A model generated the notes under the pieces. It did not search any database. It saw only the letters and a program-made list of their open reading frames with translations, and was not told the origin of the DNA. From positions 10,540,001 through 10,604,000 of the forward strand of contig JBHGNT010000016.1 in assembly GCA_043228905.1 (NCBI GenBank): a stretch of 64,000 bases of DNA, read 5' to 3'. Shown here in pieces: positions 50,112-61,758 of this stretch (positions are counted from its first letter, which is position 1; each line of letters begins with the position of its first letter). This stretch comes from Azolla caroliniana. Taxonomy: Eukaryota; Plantae; Polypodiophyta. A program made the translations under genes and the position numbers.

Positions 50112-51255
50112 AATATGTCGCGTTGTTACGCGCGTACGTGTAAAAAGGGGCGGGACCACGGGGGTTTTGGACCGAGGAGCGAGAGAGAGAGATCCACAGA
50201 CACGTAGAAGCGAGAAACGAGATATAGAACGTGACACTTAATTATAATGACAAGAGATTGCAAACTCCGACAGTCACAACCGACAAGGCGGCGACGGACC
50301 CAACACGGGGACCCAACTCACGCACACCGACGACAGTCACACGACTCGAAGAAAACAAAAGGGACAAAGGGAACGACTCTGCTAGAAGCACACAGGCTGT
50401 CCACGAAGCAGAGTCAGGCTGCTAGAGCAACGATTCCAGTAGAGAGAGCTCAGGCTTCCGTTCTGCAGCAGCGCTCCTCCCCTCCTCGCGCGCGATGCCC
50501 CATTTTCTCTTGTCCTCTTCCCTTTATTCCCTGTCCTCTCTGACCGGGATACGCACAATCTCCTCTAATAAATGCATGCAGCTTAGTAGTTACATCCACC
50601 GGTTCGCGTGCAAAGTATCCAGTCACGTGTTCATCCGTGTAAAGGCCGGTTTACGCACTTTCTCTCTAATTCCGCCTATGGCTGGTTTTCTTCACGACAA
50701 CGTGACGACCGGCACTACCGGAATCGCCGGAATCACAACGATTCCGAGGAAGATGAGCCGGAGGATGAAGACTACCATGGCCACCCGAGACATACTAAAG
50801 GGGGTCGGCGCTATGAGAATTACCGGCTGACAAACAAACGTGGTGGCTTCAATGGACCTCACAGAAAGCATCGGCAATATCAGAACCACCGGCGGTAAGA
50901 CGAAAGTTCGGACGATGACCGGCACCAGGAACCACGTCGGGACCAACAACAACCACCGCATACGCTCCGACAAACGAAGCAGGACCGAGAGGAGCAAGTC
51001 ACACTGGGGGATCGGTACACACCACCATGGGCAGAGAAGGGCGAATCTAGCATCCATTGTTTTGTTTGTCAACATCCCGGACATTATGCCACACAATGCC
51101 CATTACGCAAGGGCAAGGGGCCCGCAGTCAATACAATTACGGCGGAAGTGCAACAAGTCACGACACATCAGCAAACAAAAACAGCTGATTGGGCCGCGCA
51201 AGATGAGATACGGCGAACAACCTAGGCATGGGTTGGAAAAGCAAACGCTACAAAT

Positions 51256-53055
51256 GTGGAGCACATGCGGAAGGAATCCACAAACACGGTGGAGCTATTG
51301 GAGGACGAGGGACCATCCCCGGACCCCATTTGGCAAGCATTGGCAGGCTGTGAGATAACGTTAAACATGGAGAAGCTGTTGCAACTAGTCCCACAATTCC
51401 GCCAGGCCGTGGAAGAGTGGGTGACGGGCAGACCTGGGGTAAGTGTCGCCGCGAATTTCACAGACATTAGCGACGGACCGACAGTAGTGGATCACCACAA
51501 CCCGGTTATTAAGTCAATATTACACAGTCAGGAAATCCCAGGATGCGTAATCGATGGTGGCTTGGGCGTTAATGTAATTAGCGCGAAGACATGCGAACAA
51601 TTGGCAATTTCAGAATGGGAAGCTTGCCCGTTTTGGCTCCGCATGGCAAATACCCGCTCAGTACGACCATTGGGGTTGATACGTAAGGTAGACATTATCG
51701 TGGGCGGACATCGCTTCAACATCTCGACGGTAGTCCTCGCCCTAGATGCCCCAGGGGCGTACCCTTTGCTGTTGGGCAGACCGTGGCTTTGTTCAGCGAA
51801 TATCAAGCAGAGCTGGCAACACAAGTGTATCAGTTTTCGACGCGGACGCACCAAGGTCCGTGTACCAATGGAGGAAATGGCGGCACAACCCAAGGGCATA
51901 ACACCATTGTACGCAGAAGACATAAATATGATGGCTAGGGTGGATGCTACAGAATTAGAGGCATACCTAGACGAGCACCCTCGGATTATTTCGATGTTCA
52001 AAATTGACGTCATCGAGACCGCAGTGGAACATGCCACGACCACTACACTCCACGACGAGGCTTACGAACCAAACCCGGAGTCAATATTAAAACTAAGCAG
52101 AGCACAGGCAGAGTTCGACAAGGAAATTGAAATTTCATGGCAAGTCACCGCCTCAACCCTGGAAGAAGTAAACATGGGTACGGCGTCAGAACCCCGTTTC
52201 CTCTCCATCGCAAAGGAATTAAGGCCGGACCAGAGAGACGCGATGATCGTACTACTCAAGAAGTATAAAGATGTGTTCGCCTGGGCCCACGAGGACATGA
52301 AGGGGTTAGATCCGAAGTTCTATCAACATAAGATTAATTTAGCAACCGACGAGAAACTGGTCCAGCAGCGTCGCTACCGCATGAACCCAAACTACGCGGC
52401 CCGCGTAAAAGAAGAAATTGACAAACTCCCGAAGGAGGGATTCATACGGCTAGTTAAACAAGCTACATGGTTAAGCCCGATCGTGGTCATACCAAAGAAA
52501 AATGGCAAAATACAGGTATGCGTGGACTACCGAAAATTAAACGCCATAACCATTACGAACGCATTCCCTTTACCATTGACCGATAGCGTATTGGACGTCG
52601 TCGCAAGGCATGACATGTACAGTTTTTTAGATGGCTTCAGTGGGTACAACCAAGTATGCATGCACCCCGATGACCAAGAGAAGACGGCATTTGTCACGGA
52701 CTGGGGAGTCTATGTGGCAGTCGTCATGATGTTCAGGCTAAAGACGGCGTCGGCGACATTTCAACGGACAATCACGGAGATTTTTGGGGAATACATTCCG
52801 GCCTTCATGCAAGTTTTTTTAGATGATTTTGTGGTATATGGGAGAACAACCGACCATTTTACGCATATGCAACTGTGCCTGGAACGTTGCCGCACCACAC
52901 GCTTAAGCTTGACTCCCGCCAAATGTGCCTTCGGCATTACCAGCGGGGCTCTCCTAGGCGAGATGGATGTTGTTACTTCAAGAATTCGGTTTTGTAATTC
53001 AGCACTAGTTGGGTACGCTACACGCAGTGGCAGATGTTTTGAGCAGACTGGATAA
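51256..53055 (+). pseudogene. E2 protease-RT open stretch (truncated by deletion at ~52960)
   Basis: IDGGLGVN, VCVDYRKLN, QVFLDDF. Confidence 0.9.
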
Positions 53056-53796
53056 TGGAGAAACGGCGCAGAGGGATGACGACGACTTTCCGGATGCAAA
53101 CATTCTATGGTGAACAGCACGGAACGACGAGCGGAGTCCCCCGCAATACTCACACAAGACAACCGGGACACCATGAGAAGCCCTCCAGAAAACAGGGCAA
53201 CCACCCAACGACGCGCCTACGGGCCCTACACCATCCCCGGACACGGACACCGTAGCAGAACCAAACATCAGGGCCATTTTGGAGGAAGATTAAAGGGATG
53301 GGTCCGACGTGCCATGGCACTATCCCACAAGCGTGCCAGGTGTTGTCCGCCAGAATAGTAACCGACGGACAAGTGCGTAGTAATATGGAATAGAATAACA
53401 TTGTAACGCATGTAACGGTTCACGCCGGAAGCGTGAACAGCTAAAAGACCCTGCCTTACGTATATAAAGGGCAGAATACTTTTGATAGAGGTAACGTGGA
53501 ATTTTGAATGTAAAAGACGTATCATAATAGATTTCTATCTTCTTCTGATATTTGTGGGTAGCTGTGGTTAATCTATTGTGTGTTTGTAATCCTTAAGAGC
53601 GTAGGCGTGAGTAACAATGTGTGCGCTAGCCCACTGTCGAAGGAGCTCGGTTGTAGCCGTCTCCCCGGATACGCTGCTAGGTTACGGGAAGTATCCCACT
53701 AAGTATTATGCACAGACGCTACCATTCGTTGTCACACAGACACTTGGAGGTCTAGGTCGGAGGACTGACCATAGACTGTGTTCCTAATCGGTAACA

Positions 53797-54605
53797 AAGA
53801 TCCGAGAGATTGTCGCAACCTTCGGAAAGGTACTCTACTGGAATTTTCCTTGCCGACGTCGGCGAACCGACGTCTTACGAAGAAGCATCGGCATTTGTTG
53901 ACTCAGCCACCTGGCATCTTGCGATGGAATCGGAAATGCACTCCATTCACGCAAACAAGACTTGGGACTTGGTCGAATTACCGAAGAATTGACGTGCTCT
54001 TCCGTGTAAGTGGGTCTATCGACGAAAAGAGACATCCGACTCGACCAACCCAATGTAGAAGGCTAGATTAGTTATGAAGGGATTTCGACAAGAATATGGC
54101 GTCAACTTCGACGAAATCTTTTCACCAGTGGTGAAAATGACAACCCTTCGTTTCATGCTCGGCGTTGTGGCCGCCGACAACTTGGAGTTGATTCAGGTAG
54201 ATGTAAAAATGGCATTCCTCCACGGTGACCTACAGGAGGAAATCTATATGGAGCAATTGAAAGGCTTTGTGGCATCCAGCCAGGAACATCTAGTCTGCCG
54301 ACTCAGGAAGAGTTTATACGGCCTGAAACAAGCACCCCGACAGTGGTACAAGAAGTTCGACGACTTCATCCAGTCAGTCAGCTTGTCCAAGAGTGATGAG
54401 GACCACTGTCTCTTCACCAAAATAGCTCTAGACGGGTCTCCCGTCATCCTCATCATTTACATGGCCGACATGCCGGAGAGCTCAACGAACTCGTTCAGAA
54501 ACTGCGGTTGAAGTTTGCCATGAAGGACCTCAGCCCGGTAAGACACATACTTGGTATTAAGATTAGTCCGCATCACGATAAACGACAACTTTTCTTGTCT
54601 CAAAC
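53797..54605 (+). pseudogene. D2 RT fragment (RT end and RNase H deleted)
   Basis: [32 protein letters not shown]. Confidence 0.9.
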
Positions 54606-54849
54606 TTTTCGGTCCTTTGAGGATCGACTTCAGCTTTTCCGACCCGATTGGTTCGGTCTTCTGTCTTTAGATCTTGCCGACTCGAACAAAACCGATCTGT
54701 CTGATAAACCTTGTATATACCTTTAATTTAAGATAACCCATGTATACGCCCATTACAGGGGAGTGTCGAATACGAGTGTATAATGGTTGTATTCCAAGTT
54801 TGGGCTATTTCTGTAAATAGCATAAAGGGTAGTTGCCCTAGGATAGTCA

Positions 54850-57800
54850 TGTTAAACACAGTGCTCGGCCACAACCGAGGAATAGGATCAACTCACAGAA
54901 AACAGGAAATACAAAATGCACGAAGACAATAGAGAGAAGAGTACACAGGATGTTTTACGTGGAAAACCCTAAATGGGAAAAACCACGGGAGTCCTCAAAC
55001 TCCAACTATCACTATAAACAGAGATGTACAATGGTGAAGCTACAAGGCAACAACCTTGAGCTTACTGTCTTCGCCACAGGCGGCGGTAATACATAGAGGC
55101 AACGACCTCTTCGTCTCTCTCTCTCTCTCTCTCTCTCGGCTGCTCACTCAGCTCCCTCTAAGTGGAAAACCAGAAAAATGAGTAACAGCACCTAAACTGT
55201 TTGCCCTAAGTCATATTTATACACATATGACTTTCGGGCTATTTACAAATATAGCCTCAAGGGGCCTTGGCAAACATATTCACAAATATGTCCCCGCATC
55301 CGGATCTCTCTCCGGGTACATTCGTCATCCGGCTCCGTAGCCGGGGTCTTCATCATCCGGATCCGTAACCGCAACCGGGCTTGCCGTCATTCATCTCCGG
55401 ACATCCCATCCGGAGGGACCGAAATCCGAACAAACTCCCCCTTCACTTCAGCATGGGATGTCTTTCCAGTCCGACCCTCTTCCGGCACGCTTCCAGCTTG
55501 TCGGGTGTGAGCACTTTGGTCAGCATATCTGACCTGTTCTCATCCGTGTGGATCTTCGTCAGCACGAACCCCTGGTCTTCTATCCTTTCCCGGATCCAGT
55601 GATATCTTCGCTGGATGTGCTTCGTCCGGGAGTGATAGGCCGCGTTCTTAGCAAGGTGGATGGCACTCTGACTGTCGCAGTAGAGTCGGTACTCCTCCTG
55701 CCGGATACCGAGCTCTCTAATGAAGTCCTTCATCCATATTATTTCCTTGCCGGCTTCAACAGCCGCCATGTACTCCGCCTCCGTGGTTGACAACGCAACC
55801 GTCTTCTGCAGCCTCGACTGCCACGAAACAGCTCCCCCTGCATACGATCACATACCCTGATGTGGACCGGCTGGTATCTGCATCAGCTGACATATCCGAA
55901 TCGGTAAAGCCGTCGAGTTCGGGCTTACCGGAGCCGAATCGGAGGCACACGTTTGCTGTGCCCTTCAGGTATCGGAGTATCCACTTGACCGCGTTCCAGT
56001 GCTCTTTGCCGGGATTGCTCATGTGCCGGCTCACCACTCCGACTGCATATCCTATGTCCGGTCTTGTACACACCATTGCGTACATCAAGCTTCCGACGGC
56101 AGAGGCATATGGTACTTTCATCATGTCCTCCTTCTCAGCCTTTGTCTTGGGGCTTTGCTTGCTGGACAACTTGCAATTTGCCGGGAGGGTTGACCCGACC
56201 GGTCTTGCTTCCGACATGTTGAACCGGTGAAGCACCTTTGTCACGTACTTCTCCTGTGACAGCCACAACTGCTTCTTCTTCCGGTCCCGGATGATGTGCA
56301 TCCCTAGTATTTGCCTCGCCGGACCCAGGTCCTTCATTGAGAAGGTTCGGTGAAGCGCTTTCTTCAGCATCCGTATCTTCACCTGGTCCCGTTCGACGAT
56401 CAACATGTCGTCCACGTACAGGAGGAGTATTAGAAAAGTCTCCTCCTTCGAACTTCTTCACAAACACGCAGTGATCGGACTGCGTTTTGTGGTACCCTTC
56501 GTCGGTCATGAAAGAGTCGAACTTCCGGTACCACTGCCGGGGAGCCTGCTTCAGTCCGTAAAGGCTCTTCTTCAACCGGCATACCAGGTGCTCCTTCCCT
56601 TTCTTCTCGAATCCTTCCGGTTGCTGCATGTAGATCTCTTCTTCGAGGTCACAGTGAAGGAATGCCGTCTTCACGTCCATCTGTTCTACCTCGAGGTCCA
56701 TGCTTGCCGCTATGCTCAACACCGTCCGGATGGAGGTCATCTTCACTACCGGGGCAAATATCTCGTCGAAGTCGACACCCTTCTTCTGCTGGAACCCCTT
56801 CACCACGATCCTGGCTTTGTATCTCGGGGGTTTCCGGCATCTCCCGGTTTCAGCTTGAACACCCACTTGTTTCGAAGTGCCCGCTTTCCTTTCGGCAACT
56901 CCACAAGTTCATATGTGTGGTTCTCATGCAGGGAATCCATCTCCTCCTGCATGGCACTTAACCACCTGCGGCTATGGGTGTCAAGCTTTGCTTCTTCAAA
57001 ACTCTCCGGCTCCCCCTCGTCGGTTAGCAGCACGTGCTCTGGTTCCGGAAATCTCCGGGGGGCCCTTCTCTCTCTTAGAGGATATCTCCGTTCCGGAGCT
57101 TCGGTAACCGGCTCCTCCGTTTCCTCTTCATCCGAATCCATTTCGGGATCGGGGCCGGTTCCGGTATCAGTTTCATCTTCCTCGGCCGGTTCTGTTTCTT
57201 CACCGTCTTCGGCCAGATCCTCGAGTGCTAACCGGTCCCTTGCCGGTCGGGACTGCTCCTCGTAGAGTTGATCCTCACCGGTCGACTTGGAGCTCTTCAT
57301 CTTCTTCTCCGACTCCCAGTCGGCGAGTGTCTTGTCCTCCATGAAGATGATATCACGACTCCGGAATATCTTTTTGTCGACCGGGTCCCATACTCGGTAG
57401 CCGAACTCGTCATCGCCGTAACCGAGGAATATGCATGGCCGGGTCTTTGGATCTAGCTTTCCTCTCCGGTCCTTTGCCACATGCACATATGCGAGACACC
57501 CGAACACCTTCAGATGCCGGTAGGATACTTCTCTACCGGTCCACACTTTCTGCGGCGTGTCTCCGTCCAAAGGTACTGAGGGTGATCTGTTTATCACGTA
57601 TGTCGCCGTCGACATTGCCTCAGCCCAAAACCCCTTGGGTAATTTCGCATGCGCCAGCATACTCCGGACCCTCTCCATTATGGTCTGGTTCATCCTCTCG
57701 GCCAGCCCGTTCAGTTCCGGCGTCTTCAGCACAGTAAACTCGAGCCGGATTCCCTTCGAGCGACAGTACTCCTCGAACTGCCCCCGGTATTCCCCTCCGT

Positions 57801-60128
57801 TATCCGCTCGTATCGCTTTCAGCTTCTTGCCGGATTCCCTTTCCACTCTCGCGTGGAGTTCTTTGAAGACGCACAACACTTGGTCCTTTGTCTTCAACGG
57901 TGCCGTCCACAGCTTCCGGTTGTGGTCATCAATGAATGTCACGAAGTACTGGGCTCCGCCATGTGACTTCGTTTCTACTTGACACACGTCAGTGTGCACC
58001 AACTCCAATGGTGCGCTACGTCTCGTCGGTGGCCTTGAGTGGAAGGAGGTTCGGTTCTGCTTACCGGTCAGGCAATCGGTGCACTTCTCCAGGTGCACAT
58101 GCTTCACTGGAATAAGGTTGTCTTCTGCAAGCCTCTTCATCCCCCTCTCACTCATGTGGCACAGTCTCTTGTGCCACAGCTCACCGGCAGTGTCGGCTGC
58201 CACGTTCAACTCCTCCGGACATAGCCGGGAATTCATCAGGTAAAGTGTGTTGACCTTCCGGGCCCGAGCCACTATCAGGCTCCCTTTGCTGAACTTCATG
58301 ACATCGTTACGGATGCTACCCGTGTAGCCTTCATCGTCTAGCCTCCCGGCCGAAATCAGGTTCAATCGAACCTCCGGAACGTGTCGGACATCCTTCAGCA
58401 GCATCTTGCATCCGGTTGATGTCATCAGCCACACGTCTCCTATGCCGGAAATCCGGCATGTACCTTCATTTCCCATCCGGACACAGCCGTGCTCACCAGC
58501 TGTGTAGGATGAGAAGTATTTCTTCTCCGGGGTCAGGTGGAACGACGCTCCGGAATCGACCACCCAGGTCATCTCTTCACCGGCAAGGTTCAGCTCCCTC
58601 TCTTCGGTAATGAGCATTATCTCTTCTTCACTTGCCGCGAGTGCCGTCGTTCCTTTCCGGTCCTGCCCTCGCCGATCCGGACCTCTCCGGTCCGTGGCTC
58701 CCCGGTATGCACCGTTTCGCTCTGGTGACTTCTTCGAATCGGTACCGTCGGTTCCGTTGTCTTTCCGGAAATGCCGACAGTTCTTCTGGAAGTGCCCCGG
58801 CTTCCCACAGTAGAAGCATGTAGGTCTTCCCCTCGACTGCGACCGTGTCCCCGACTTCTCCCGTCTTTGCGGACTCCGGTTCCGTTGTCTTCCCCGTTCC
58901 GATTCGGGAAGCAGCATCTTCGAGTCGGAGGCCGGTTCTTTATCTCTCCGACGCGCTTCTTCATTTAGAATACTTGTCTTTACCGTTAGTAAAGACAAGT
59001 TCTCTTCCTTACAGGAGGTGCTGAGAGTAACTACCAGGTTCTCCCAGCTCTCCGGAAGGGTACACATCAGCATGATGGCTTGCATTGCGTCATCCAACGG
59101 GAACTTGATCGCCGCAAGCTGGTTCACGAATCCCATGAACGTGCTGACGTGTTCGACCATGCTCTCGCCGTCCCGGTACTTAAGATTCACTATCTTCCTC
59201 ATCAGGGAGGTCCGGGTCAGAGCATTCTTCCTCTCATACAGTCCGGACAGCTTCTGCCACATCTCATAGGCGTTCGTATCATTCGCCACATGTTGCAGAA
59301 CACTTACATCGACATATTGCCGGATCGTCGCTACGGCTTTCCGGTTCAGGAGCTTCCACTCCAACTCTATTACCCCCTTGGGTATCTCGGCATTGTCGAT
59401 CGGTTCGTACAGGTCTCGGACGATGAGAAGGTCTTCCATCTTTATCTTCCAGTCCGCGTAGTTCTGTGAGTTCAACACCATCATGCCCGGAGGCCCACTA
59501 CCGCCGCCTTCCATTTTCTGTGTTACCGTCGCTCTGATACCAGTTTGTTAAACACAGTGCTCGGCCACAACCGAGGAATAGGATCAACTCACAGAAAACA
59601 GGAAATACAAAATGCACGAAGACAATAGAGAGAAGAGTACACAGGATGTTTTACGTGGAAAACCCTAAATGGGAAAAACCACGGGAGTCCTCAAACTCCA
59701 ACTATCACTATAAACAGAGATGTACAATGGTGAAGCTACAAGGCAACAACCTTGAGCTCACTGTCTTCGCCACAGGCGGCGGTAATACACAGAGGCAACA
59801 ACCTCTTCGTCTCTCTCTCTCTCTCTCTCTCTCGGCTGCTCACTCAGCTCCCTCTAAGTGGAAAACCAGAAAAATGAGTAACAGCACCTAAACTGTTTGC
59901 CCTAAGTCATATTTATACACATATGACTTTCGGGCTATTTACAAATATAGCCTCAAGGGGCCTTGGCAAACATATTCACAAATATGTCCCCGCATCCGGA
60001 TCTCTCTCCGGGTACATTCGTCATCCGGCTCCGTAGTCGGGGTCTTCATCATCCGGATCCGTAACCGCAACCGGGCTTGCCGTCATTCATCTCCGGACAT
60101 CCCATCCAGAGGGACCGAAATCCCAACA
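54850..60128 (-). mobile_element. Ty1/Copia F, young and near intact, inserted in the D2 3' LTR
   Basis: 583-bp LTRs 54850-55432 and 59546-60128 with about 6 differences by eye; perfect TSD AGTCA; iMet PBS 59531-59542; PPT AAGGGGGAGTT. Confidence 0.97.
55443..59514 (-). pseudogene. F gag-pol polyprotein (all domains present; three frameshifts in RT/RH)
   Basis: 904-aa ORF (CFYCGKPGHFQKNC, WVVDSGAS, RADNGGEY), then ORFs 56135-56866, 55756-56415 and 55443-55793 continuing RT and RNase H. Confidence 0.93.
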
Positions 60129-60322
60129 AGTCACTATATAAAGTGACTTTGTAACCTTTGGTGAAAGGTGGTTGTCATTTTGTAATTGTTGCTATTAAGA
60201 AATAAAACGTTTCTTTGTGCCTATCTCTCTCTCTCTGTGTATCTTGTTTCATTCTCATACACATGTCCTTCAACATCACAGATGTTGTTTGTTCTTCCGC
60301 ACTGACGACCTTGTCACCAACA

Positions 60323-61510
60323 TCAACATCCTCCCATCTCTACGCCCTTGCACAATAACTTGGCCTCCTTCCTCGATGAAGCACCCAAGATGCGTGAACC
60401 GGACTTGCATCCCCTGGTCGACGATCTGTCCGACCGACACTAGATTCTTCATAACTGTCCAGACGTGCAACACGTTCATTAGCTTCCCTTTTTGCTCGAC
60501 GTGGTTGAGGGGAACTTCACCGACATGTACGATCGGATGCAGAGTGTCATCTCCAATTGCGACTACTCCTGGTTGTTCCAGTTTTTCCAGATATGAGAAC
60601 CACTCTTTATGCTTCATCATATGGTTTGACGCTTCGGAGTCAACGTACCACACTTCATCCGATTTCGAGGTGGTCTTCTTCATCGAGTTTGTTTCGTGTC
60701 TTGTCACGAAGGCTGCCCCCTTTCCAACTTTTTCAGAACCTTCGGCGTAGTGCGTCCGCTACCGATTTCCTCGTTCGGTCCTTCCGGATCCGGATCCGGT
60801 TTTCTCCGAATCGGCACGCTTCTTCCAACACTCGCTCTCCTTGTGGCCCTTCTTGCCACAATACTAGCATTCCGCGGCGTGTTTCCCTTGCCTGTTCTCG
60901 TCACATCCTCAACTCCCCTTGCTTCCGGAGGGTCCGGAAGTGTTGTTGGCATCACCACGATGCCTTCTTCCTTGCTCTCGTCGGCCGCCTCCATTGCGTG
61001 CCGACTCACCTCGTCCGTCATGACCACGGAGCCTATTTCCCTCCGTGTACAACATCTTGTTGTCGGCGTGTGTAATCATCGACGCACCCGCGTGATTCTC
61101 CTCTACAAGGAGCATCGACTGCAAGGTGAAAAACGACGGCATATTCTCCCTTGTACAAAAACTTTGACGCCAATCCTCCAAGGAAGATCTGCACCATTTC
61201 GCCCTCCTCAACGTTCACATCGATGGAGGCGAGGGAATGACAGATATCTTTTATCTTGGAGGTGTAGTCATCCACCGTCATGTCGCGTTGACGCACATTG
61301 CTCAAATCCTGTTGGAGTTGGAGCTTCTTGGATGTGGTGCTTGCGGCGAAAATCTTTTTCAGATTTCCTGAAGCATCCTTCGGGTGCTGCCTCATTCACT
61401 CCATCGACATAGCTCCAATATCCATGTCCGAGCAGATACTAGTACATCTCATACAACCAAGATGCATAGTTACTTCTGTCGAGCTTCTCAATTGGAAGCG
61501 AACTAGCCAT
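60323..61510 (-). pseudogene. C gag-protease fragment
   Basis: VWYVDSEASNHM, NLKKIFAAS; homologous to G1 gag. Confidence 0.9.
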
Positions 61511-61608
61511 ACCTCTATCCATTTTTTTTCCTTTCATTCTTCACCGAGATTAGGTTTTTCTGTTGTTGTTTTGAGTTGAAGTCAGCTGCAGAGGTTCTCA
61601 ACCCTCAC

Positions 61609-61758
61609 GCTCTGATACCATGTGAAATGTTACGTGCGGAAGCTATACGAAACACAAAATACCGATAGAGGAAAAACAGGTTTAATGGAGAGCTTAAGAC
61701 ACAATGTTTGCGGGAGAGACAGAGAGTGAAAATCATAAACAAAAAACTAAATTCAAAT
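61609..61758 (-). repeat. C PBS (TGGTATCAGAGC, tRNA-iMet; 61609-61620) and partial 5' LTR (61621-61758)
   Basis: GCTCTGATACCA directly abuts TGTGAAATG; the reverse complement resembles the 3' part of the G LTR. Confidence 0.85.

Larger units (their letters stand above)
40111..50699 (-). mobile_element. Ty3/Gypsy A3, full length, interrupted by G1
   Basis: LTRs 40111-40723 and 50116-50699; 4-bp TSD ACGT; PBS TGGTGAACCCGATGTGAA; PPT GGTTTGGTGGGGGTGGA (40724-40740). Confidence 0.95.
31493..53796 (+). mobile_element. Ty3/Gypsy E2 (variant LTR), interrupted by E3 and A3; RNase H, integrase and most of the accessory ORF deleted
   Basis: LTRs 31493-31942 and 53341-53796; perfect TSD AAGAT; PBS at 31947; gag pieces 31943-32449, 39562-40110 and 50700 onward. 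Confidence 0.94.
28264..60322 (+). mobile_element. Ty1/Copia D2, interrupted by E2 internally and by F in its 3' LTR
   Basis: 5' LTR 28264-28591; PBS TGGTATTAGAGC; 3' LTR 54764-54849 plus 60129-60322; TSD TGAAC/TCAAC. Confidence 0.93.
10359..61758 (-). mobile_element. Ty1/Copia C, split into three pieces by D1 and D2; 3' LTR not recognisable; 5' LTR interrupted by G2
   Basis: Pieces 10359-11061 (RNase H), 26021-28263 (RT, integrase) and 60323-61620 (gag, PR, PBS) join seamlessly once D1 and D2 and one TSD copy each are removed (STPLDRTV|KL; GRM|FILD). Confidence 0.9.
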
